Below, in pieces: positions 25,449 through 32,000 of a stretch of DNA of 32,000 bases. How positions within the stretch are numbered: position 1 is the first letter of the stretch; each line of letters begins with the position of its first letter. The notes beneath the pieces are model-generated. The model saw only the letters and a list, made by a program, of their open reading frames with translations. It was not told the origin of the DNA and ran no database searches. Source of the stretch: Thaumarchaeota archaeon CSP1-1 (GTDB lineage Archaea > Thermoproteota > Nitrososphaeria > Nitrososphaerales > Nitrosopumilaceae); the NCBI GenBank assembly GCA_001443365.1, contig LDXL01000006.1, positions 87,387-119,386 of the forward strand, read 5' to 3'. A program made the translations under genes and the position numbers.

Positions 25449-25519
25449 AATTCTTCAAAAAGTTCGTTCGTTCCACCCACACACTGGCAGATATGTCACA
25501 AATTTGTCATTAATTTGAT

Positions 25520-26734
25520 ATGGAGAACCAAGAGTTGATCTTGCCTGAAGAAGAAGAGGTCATGCCACTTCTAGCGGATTATGGATTAACAGAAGAAGAG
25601 GCACGAGTGTATGTTGGGGTATTAAGGATTGGCACAGGCAAAGTAAGTGAGATTAGCCATTTTACAAATACTGATAGAGTTAAGGGATACAAAATACTTG
25701 AAAATTTGAGAAGTGAAGGATATGTAACTTCAACTCTTTCATCACCAATTTTATTTTCTGCAAATGATCCTAAAACGACATTTGATACTATCTTAACGAA
25801 GAAAAAATCTGGAATTCAAAGATTAGAAAAAAATCAAGCTCGTTTAATTGAAAATCTAGAAAAGCTAAAAGGACATAGTGTAGTGAGTAACCTTCCTAAA
25901 CTCTCAGTAATTTCAGGAAGAGATAATATCTACAATGAAATAAAAAAAATTATTGATGAGACAAAAGATGAGATGTATTTAGTTACATCAACTTCTGATC
26001 TCATTAGAATGTATTATACAGATATTCCTGCTGCCATAAAAAAAGCACTCAAACGTAAAGTAGAAATTAAATTAATGACGGAGTTTGAAGTTTCTGATAA
26101 AACCGATTGTGTTAAAAATCTAGGATTAAATTATTTTAAAGTTGCAAAATTACCTTCCCAAGGCAGAATAGTTTGCAATTCCTCTCAGATTATCATGTCT
26201 GGCTATACCTCAAAGACCTCAAGAATTCATGCAAGCGATGATTCTGCATTAGTAACTAATTCAGATGAAATTACTAGCAACATGCAAAGCTTATGCAAGT
26301 TTATGTGGAAAATGGGAGGAGAAGTAAAAATTGATAAAAAAGGCACTGTTGAAGGAGAATCTCCTAGAATTAAAACGGGCGTACAAAAAAATGCTACAGC
26401 ATTAGTTGTCGATGATGATCCAGATACAGTAGAGATGTTTTCAGATTATTTAGAAAATAAAGGAGTTAATGTAATAGGTAAGGCAAAGGATGGAAAAGAA
26501 GGTTTTGAACTATACAAGAAATTAAAACCAGATGTAATATTTTTGGATGTAATTATGCCAAATTATGATGGATTTTATACGTTAAAGAAGATTAGAGAAA
26601 TAGATGCTGATGCAAAGATTATCATGGTGACTGCTGATTTTTCTCCAACAACTAAGAAAAAGCTAAAGGAATTAAAAGCAACTGATATTATTTACAAGCC
26701 CTACGATGGAAGGGCAATTGATAGAGTAATTTAG
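25520..26734 (+). CDS. Hybrid regulator: N-terminal TrmB-type winged HTH, TrmB-like middle domain and C-terminal receiver (REC) domain
   Basis: HTH: GLTEEEARVYVGVLRIGTGKVSEISHFTNTDRVKGYKILENLRSEGYV. Middle: VISGRDNIYNEIKKIIDETKDEMYLVTS...RKVEIKLMTE. REC: VVDDDPD, phospho-acceptor context VIFLDVIMP, MVTAD and IYKP. Confidence 0.85.
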   Translation: MENQELILPEEEEVMPLLADYGLTEEEARVYVGVLRIGTGKVSEISHFTNTDRVKGYKILENLRSEGYVTSTLSSPILFSANDPKTTFDTILTKKKSGIQRLEKNQARLIENLEKLKGHSVVSNLPKLSVISGRDNIYNEIKKIIDETKDEMYLVTSTSDLIRMYYTDIPAAIKKALKRKVEIKLMTEFEVSDKTDCVKNLGLNYFKVAKLPSQGRIVCNSSQIIMSGYTSKTSRIHASDDSALVTNSDEITSNMQSLCKFMWKMGGEVKIDKKGTVEGESPRIKTGVQKNATALVVDDDPDTVEMFSDYLENKGVNVIGKAKDGKEGFELYKKLKPDVIFLDVIMPNYDGFYTLKKIREIDADAKIIMVTADFSPTTKKKLKELKATDIIYKPYDGRAIDRVI

Positions 26735-26777
26735 AAAAAACTGAATTCGTGTATATCAGAAATTTTGATTCTAAAAA

Positions 26778-27416
26778 TTAGGATTTAGAGCCTAATGAGG
26801 ATACTATAACATCAATAGCATCAGATAATTTTTTGATATCATGCTCTCTGCCTAGGCGATGTATTTCTTCTTTGATAATTTTTAGGGCGGTAGTATTATT
26901 TACTATATCAAAAACATTCGTTCCGCGATAGGGAGTTTCTTTGAGATTCTGACGCACTTCTTCTATTTGGAATTCTTGTTGTTCTAGCTCTTTTTCTGCT
27001 AATGTGCACTCGTACTCTAACTTTTGAAGCTTTGATTTTGTATTTCGCTTTCCTAGTAATAATTGATCAAGGATAGTTGTAACTGATTTGATATCCATTG
27101 TATTAAGAGAATTTTTATCAAGATTAATTTTTTCTAATTTTTGAGATTGTAACATTGCAATTTCTTGGTCAAATCTTTTATGTAATTCCTGTATATGATT
27201 AATTTGTTCTTGATGTTTATCGATTTTCATATTAACATATTTTATGTATTGACCTGTGTTTCCAGCTGCATCTAATGCCCAACGAATTGCATTCTTTGCA
27301 GCCAAATAACCTGATTTTGTTTCTTTTTCTCTTTGTTGTAATCGATCAGTAAACGTTACCGATTCTGCATCATTTAAATGAAATCCTAATGTTACAGATC
27401 TGTCTCCAACATCCAT
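26778..27416 (-). CDS. Coiled-coil hypothetical protein (212 aa as listed, possibly longer at the N-terminus)
   Basis: Long heptad-like K/E/Q-rich stretches. The frame stays open 37 codons upstream of the ATG without any ATG/GTG/TTG (see findings). Confidence 0.55.
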   Translation of the reverse strand: MDVGDRSVTLGFHLNDAESVTFTDRLQQREKETKSGYLAAKNAIRWALDAAGNTGQYIKYVNMKIDKHQEQINHIQELHKRFDQEIAMLQSQKLEKINLDKNSLNTMDIKSVTTILDQLLLGKRNTKSKLQKLEYECTLAEKELEQQEFQIEEVRQNLKETPYRGTNVFDIVNNTTALKIIKEEIHRLGREHDIKKLSDAIDVIVSSLGSKS

Positions 27417-27552
27417 TACGTCTTTTACTTCAACAGTTTTACCAATCTCTGCAATATAGCTAGATTCGTCTTTAGAAATTATTCTGTCTTCTTTACGATT
27501 AATATATTTACGAACCAGAAGATTACCTAGGCATTAGAACTTAAATCAAAAT

Positions 27553-27572
27553 GTATGTAAATTATTACAAAC
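27553..27572. promoter_or_regulatory. Second, imperfect copy of the inverted-repeat motif (GTATGTAAA-TT-ATTACAAAC)
   Basis: 17 of 20 positions are identical to 23795-23814, counted by hand. Lies in the divergent gap between genes 26778-27416 (minus) and 27651-27998 (plus), overlapping a minus-strand TATA-like TAATAATTTA. Confidence 0.35.
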
Positions 27573-27650
27573 ATCGTTTCCGTTCAAATGCACAGATTAT
27601 CACTTGATTACACATGTCTTTTCTATTGATTTTCATACCACTAGAGATAA

Positions 27651-27998
27651 ATGAGAATCAAGAGAAATTTGTTCATGACAGAAGTTACCGAATATCGAAT
27701 ACAGCAAATTGTTGATAATGGTCAGATAGTACAAATGACTCTAGCAGAAGATGTCCTCACAGAACCAGTCTCTCAAAAACAAATGATAATGGATTCTGTG
27801 GCAAAGAAATTGGATCCTGAAATAAAAGAACAGGTAACGCCCTTATTAGAGGCAATACTTCAAGCCCAACCTACAATCCAGATAAAGAGTTACCAACATA
27901 CTTCAATCACCATTACGATGCCAAAAAGCAGATACGAACGAATGGGTAGGCCACAAGTTGGCGAAAAACTGGAAATCAATATTAGAAAAATTTCCTAA
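27651..27998 (+). CDS. Hypothetical protein (115 aa)
   Basis: Intact ORF. An alternative start is the ATG at 27675 (MTEVTEY...). No motif recognised. Confidence 0.5.
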   Translation: MRIKRNLFMTEVTEYRIQQIVDNGQIVQMTLAEDVLTEPVSQKQMIMDSVAKKLDPEIKEQVTPLLEAILQAQPTIQIKSYQHTSITITMPKSRYERMGRPQVGEKLEINIRKIS

Positions 27999-30025
27999 AG
28001 TTGTTTTTCTATCTCTGAAATAGATTCAAGTGGCAAGGAGCAAGTAAAGTCCTTACAAACAAAAACAATTGTTTTATCATAATTGAATTCTTTTCCTGCA
28101 AAGAAAGGAATCTTTGCAAGATTTTTTATTTGGTTTTCATCTCTTACGGTTACAAGAATGGATTCAGGAAGAAACATCCCTGTCAAATATTTGGAGATTT
28201 CAGTATTTTTGGGATTTAGGATAGTTATCTCAAGCGGTTTTTGTAAATACATGTAAATTGTATTTAGAAGATATCCAAAACCAAATGGGTTTTCAGCTGC
28301 CATCGTAGCTTGGGATTCCATCACAGCCAAGGAAACTTCTAAGAACTTTTTTTCTTGCGTTAAATGATAGAGACGTAAAAGAGAGTAAGCTGCAACTGAA
28401 TTTCCTGATGGCATAGAAAGATCATAATTGCTTTTGGGTCTAATTATCAACTTTTCATGAGTATTATCTGTCATGAAGAAGTTTTTTTGGGTGGGATCCC
28501 AGAAATGGTCAATTAAATAATTCCCAAAAGTTTGAGCGGTTTCAAGATATTTTGATTTAGGATTAATTTCAAAGATGTCTAATAGTGCACTGATAAAATA
28601 TGAGTAATCTTCAAGGTATGCCTGAATCTTGGAGGTACCATTTTTGTAGGTACGTAAAAGTTTGCCATTTTTAACTAGATGATTTTCTATAAACGAAATA
28701 CATTTCTCTGCAGCGCTCAGAAAGGATTGTTCGTTAGATACCCTAAATCCTTTAGCTAGAGCACTAATCATTAATGCATTCCATGATGTTAAGATCTTGT
28801 CATCTAATCCTGGGGGAATTCTCTTGGTTCGTACATCTAGAAGCTTTTTGATACAAGAGTCCAGGATATTTTTGACTTGATCTTCTGTTTTGCCAAATTT
28901 GAAGGCTACAGAGGATAGAGAAATATTGTTACACAAAATGGTTTTGCCTTCAAAATTACCACCATCTGTCACATCATAAAATAGGCAAAATACATCAGCG
29001 TCATTACCTAAAATTTCTTGAATTTCACTTTTATTCCATACATAGTATTTCCCTTCTTCTCCTTCTGAATCAGCATCTTGCGCAGAATAAAATCCACCCT
29101 CGGTTGAAGTCATTTCCTCTAATACATAGTTCAAAGTTTTTGTTACAACCTCAAGATAGAATGGATCTTTTGTAATTTGGTATGCTTCTGTATATACAAC
29201 AGGAATCAATGCATTATCATAGAGCATTTTTTCAAAATGTGGAACTAACCACCTGGAATCAGTTGAGTATCGATGAAAGCCTCCACGCAATTGATCAAAA
29301 ATGCCTCCTTGCGCCATTTTTCTTAATGTTTTTAATGCAAACTCTTGGAATTTTGAAATTCCAGACAGTTTAGAATATCTTAGCATAAAAGAAAGATTTG
29401 CAGAATTTGGAAATTTAGGGGCGCTTCCAAAACCTCCGTGTATAGGATCACCTAATTGCATTAGATTTATCGCAGCTTCATCGAGAATAGATTTGTCAAG
29501 ATGCTCAAAAGTACTTACAGATTCTGTTTTTTGAAGATTTGTTAAAAAATTTTCTGCTGTCTTAAGAATATCTTGTGGTTTTTCTTTCCAAGATTGAGCA
29601 AGTTGTCTAAGCAGACTTCCAAATCCAGGTCGTCCATATGAATCCAAAATTGGAAAATAGGTTCCAACATAGAATGGTTTTTGATCAGGTGTGAGAAATA
29701 CACTTAGCGGCCAACCACCTTGTCCAGTTGCTATCTGACAAACCTTTTGATAAATATCATCAATGTCTGGTCGTTCCTCCCTGTCAACTTTGATATTAAT
29801 AAAATTCTCATTCATAATTTTAGCAATTTCGCTATTTTCAAAAGATTCATGAGCCATAACATGGCACCAATGACAGGAGCTATAACCAATACTCAAAAAG
29901 ATAGGCTTGTGTTCTTCTGTTGCTTTTTTTAGAGCAGGTTCATTCCAAGTGTACCATTGTACTGGATTTTTTGCGTGTTGTAAAAGATAAGGACTGGTTT
30001 CGTGAATAAGACTATTTTCAGGCAT
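27995..30025 (-). CDS. Thioredoxin-domain protein of the DUF255/YyaL (SPATA20-like) family with a six-hairpin glycosidase-like domain
   Basis: 676 aa. The N-terminus [52 protein letters not shown] is the hallmark of this family. Confidence 0.9.
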   Translation of the reverse strand: MPENSLIHETSPYLLQHAKNPVQWYTWNEPALKKATEEHKPIFLSIGYSSCHWCHVMAHESFENSEIAKIMNENFINIKVDREERPDIDDIYQKVCQIATGQGGWPLSVFLTPDQKPFYVGTYFPILDSYGRPGFGSLLRQLAQSWKEKPQDILKTAENFLTNLQKTESVSTFEHLDKSILDEAAINLMQLGDPIHGGFGSAPKFPNSANLSFMLRYSKLSGISKFQEFALKTLRKMAQGGIFDQLRGGFHRYSTDSRWLVPHFEKMLYDNALIPVVYTEAYQITKDPFYLEVVTKTLNYVLEEMTSTEGGFYSAQDADSEGEEGKYYVWNKSEIQEILGNDADVFCLFYDVTDGGNFEGKTILCNNISLSSVAFKFGKTEDQVKNILDSCIKKLLDVRTKRIPPGLDDKILTSWNALMISALAKGFRVSNEQSFLSAAEKCISFIENHLVKNGKLLRTYKNGTSKIQAYLEDYSYFISALLDIFEINPKSKYLETAQTFGNYLIDHFWDPTQKNFFMTDNTHEKLIIRPKSNYDLSMPSGNSVAAYSLLRLYHLTQEKKFLEVSLAVMESQATMAAENPFGFGYLLNTIYMYLQKPLEITILNPKNTEISKYLTGMFLPESILVTVRDENQIKNLAKIPFFAGKEFNYDKTIVFVCKDFTCSLPLESISEIEKQL

Positions 30026-30161
30026 AAAATTCGTTATAGTGAATATCTATTTGTAGTTACTTGCCAGAGGTTTAGTGAGCAATACAAAAATAATCAGAGA
30101 TTCTGATGGAGGTTCAAAATTTTCATTAAATGTGTGTTGTAAATAACAAACAACAAAAGAA

Positions 30162-30599
30162 ATGTTACGAAGTATATACTATAGTGAGGTCAAAAAATTG
30201 CCTATTAACATATTGATAGCAGAAGATGAAGAAGACATTGCTGAGCAATACCGTATGGGATTTGAAGATAGAGGCCATAAGGTGAAAGTTACCCACAATG
30301 GCGTTGAATGTATCAATGAATATCGTAGAGCTCGTCAATCACTTGGTGAAAAAGAACCTCTAATTTATGATGTAATAATAATTGATCATAACATGCCCTT
30401 AAAGGATGGAGCAATGTTGGCTGAAGAAATTCGAGAAATAAATCCCGAACAGATTATAGTCTTTGCAACTGCTTATGGAAACCAGCTGATAATGGGTTTA
30501 GAAAAATTTGAAGATGTGGATATTGTTACTAAACCTCTATCCATAACAAATTTAATACAAATGGTAGAAGATAGGCACTACAAGACAGTTGAAGCTTAA
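30162..30599 (+). CDS. Stand-alone response regulator receiver protein (CheY-like)
   Basis: ILIAEDEED acidic pocket, phospho-acceptor context VIIIDHNMPLKDG, FATAYG and VTKP. No output domain. Confidence 0.85.
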   Translation: MLRSIYYSEVKKLPINILIAEDEEDIAEQYRMGFEDRGHKVKVTHNGVECINEYRRARQSLGEKEPLIYDVIIIDHNMPLKDGAMLAEEIREINPEQIIVFATAYGNQLIMGLEKFEDVDIVTKPLSITNLIQMVEDRHYKTVEA

Positions 30600-30602
30600 A
30601 AA

Positions 30603-30830
30603 TCAAATTCCTTCTCTTCCTTCTTCAGCCTCATAAATTGCTACATTAATTCTGGCAAGTAATTTCATTTTTGATTTGTGAGCTTTTTTACTATGGCTAT
30701 AATCTTTTTTTTCTACCAATATCTGAAGTCGATTTAATTGTTCAAAGTTCAATTCTTTGAGACCTTTTTTTGAGACAATTCCTAATAGTTTGACTCGTTC
30801 ATGATCCTCTGGAGTAATTTCTTCGGTCAC
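30603..30830 (-). CDS. Hypothetical protein (75 aa)
   Basis: Intact small ORF, charged and helical-looking. No motif recognised. Confidence 0.4.
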   Translation of the reverse strand: MTEEITPEDHERVKLLGIVSKKGLKELNFEQLNRLQILVEKKDYSHSKKAHKSKMKLLARINVAIYEAEEGREGI

Positions 30831-30915
30831 GACAAGTATTTTCTCTAAAGTGAGTATATTCGTATATTGGGAATATCAAGGAATGTAAAAATACAGTTTA
30901 AGAAGTGAGGTTTCC

Positions 30916-31953
30916 ATGGTAGAAAAAATGAGGGCAATGGTATTATCTGAATTAGGACCAATCGAAACCAATCCATTAAAGCTTACTGAAATTGATAGAC
31001 ATGAAATTCAAAGACCTAATGAACTTTTGATTAAAATTGAAGCATGTGGAGTTTGTCATTCTCAATTACATGAAATAGAAGGAGATTGGAAAGATTTGGG
31101 AATACCGCCTATGCTTCCTACTGTTCCTGGCCATGAAGTTGTAGGAAAGGTAGTAGAAATTGGAAAAAATGTTACAAAATTTAAGGTCGGAGATAGAGCT
31201 GGAATATCCCCTTTACTTGAATCTTGTATGAAATGTCAATACTGTAAAGAAGGAAATGAACACTTGTGTGAATCAATGCAGGTTTTGGGAGAATCGCTTA
31301 AGGGAGGGTATGCTGAATATGTAACTGTAACAGAAGATTTTGCAACAAAAATCCCAGAAACAATGCGACCAGAATATGCTGCACCTCTATTTTGTGCTGG
31401 CATTACTGCATACAAAGCAGTAAAAGCAAGTGAGCCATCTAAAAATAAAAAAATTGGAATCTTTGGAATTGGTGGAGTTGGTCACATGGCAGTTCAATTT
31501 GCAATTTTAGAAGGGGCAGATGTTATTGCAATTTCAAGAAATAAAAAACATTTGGAGATTGCAAAAAAATTAGGAGCATCAATAACGATAACTTATAATC
31601 AAGATCAAGAAAAATTCTTACAAGAATTAAAAGAAAAAGTTGGTTTGCTAGATGCGGCAATTGTATTTGCACCAGCAGATATTGTAACAAATACTGCAAT
31701 CAAAGCAATCAAGAAAGGGGGATTAGTGGTTATTGGAACAATTGGCAAGATTTCTAATTTTGTAGCATTTGAAGAAAAAACAATTCGTGGAACTTTAATT
31801 GGATCAAGAAACGACATGAAAGAGGTAATTAGAATTGCAAATGAAAAAAATATAAAAGTTTTTTCAGAAGTTTATCGCCTCGAGCAAGCAAATGAGGTTT
31901 TAGCTAAACTCAAAACTTCAGAAATAGAAGCACGCGCAGTTTTAGTTCCTTAA
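30916..31953 (+). CDS. Zinc-dependent alcohol dehydrogenase (MDR family)
   Basis: GVCHSQLHEIEG, PGHEVVGKVVEIG, structural-zinc Cys cluster (CMKCQYCKEGNEHLC) and Rossmann motif GIFGIGGVGH. Confidence 0.92.
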   Translation: MVEKMRAMVLSELGPIETNPLKLTEIDRHEIQRPNELLIKIEACGVCHSQLHEIEGDWKDLGIPPMLPTVPGHEVVGKVVEIGKNVTKFKVGDRAGISPLLESCMKCQYCKEGNEHLCESMQVLGESLKGGYAEYVTVTEDFATKIPETMRPEYAAPLFCAGITAYKAVKASEPSKNKKIGIFGIGGVGHMAVQFAILEGADVIAISRNKKHLEIAKKLGASITITYNQDQEKFLQELKEKVGLLDAAIVFAPADIVTNTAIKAIKKGGLVVIGTIGKISNFVAFEEKTIRGTLIGSRNDMKEVIRIANEKNIKVFSEVYRLEQANEVLAKLKTSEIEARAVLVP

Positions 31954-32000
31954 TTGCTAAATTAATACAACTCGTATGATTTTATCGATTAGACAGTCGC

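Noticed and set aside
25232-25480. 82-aa minus-strand ORF at the kinase 3' end
   Set aside because: It is antisense to the HATPase domain of the kinase, and there is no supporting signal.
13996-27600. A tRNA-Thr-adjacent genomic island or integrated element explaining the accessory block
   Set aside because: No integrase, transposase or phage genes are present, and I could find no direct repeat of the tRNA 3' end downstream. Base composition looks similar by eye. Housekeeping genes (the DEAD helicase) directly follow the tRNA.
28053-28060. Another TTACAAAC half-site of the inverted-repeat motif
   Set aside because: It lies inside the 3' coding end of gene 27995-30025. The left half only matches with altered spacing, and it is not in a promoter. 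It is most likely chance in AT-rich DNA.
29182-29932. Plus-strand ORFs 29182-29373, 29301-29534 and 29720-29932
   Set aside because: They are antisense to the conserved DUF255 thioredoxin-domain gene.

Overview
AT-rich archaeal chromosomal segment. Several signals fit a Nitrosopumilus-like thaumarchaeon, though the organism call is inference: ribosomal protein L40e, pyruvoyl arginine decarboxylase, a tRNA with a non-canonical intron, TATA-like boxes about 21-30 nt upstream of start codons, and a PEF-type C-terminal sorting signal. Bases 1-16.2 kb are housekeeping: folD (5' truncated), 5-formyl-THF cyclo-ligase, purD, ileS, sucCD, rpl40e, tRNA-Val(CAC), a UBP-type zinc-finger protein, pepF, pdaD, a peroxiredoxin-like protein, a CPBP protease, tRNA-Thr(UGU), a DEAD-box helicase and a small Lrp/AsnC-like protein. 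Bases 16.2-27.6 kb look accessory, encoding secreted or membrane proteins and signalling genes. This block holds a secreted protein built from a tandemly duplicated novel ~118-aa domain (reading frame broken) and a two-domain FxLYD-like protein with a PEF-type C-terminus (frame broken at an A5 run). It also holds a translationally coupled three-gene operon on the minus strand: an S8 subtilase with an unusual N-terminal region, a DNRLRE-like secreted protein and an HExxH protein. Divergent from that operon lies a two-component system whose regulator is a TrmB-HTH protein with a C-terminal receiver domain. The best candidate for an undescribed system is this kinase/TrmB-receiver pair together with the protease operon. 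The two are linked by a perfect 9+9 bp inverted repeat in their shared promoter region, which recurs at 17/20 identity in the next divergent promoter 3.7 kb away. The window ends with a DUF255-type thioredoxin-domain protein, an orphan receiver protein and a zinc alcohol dehydrogenase. No CRISPR array, rRNA, transposase or integrase was seen.
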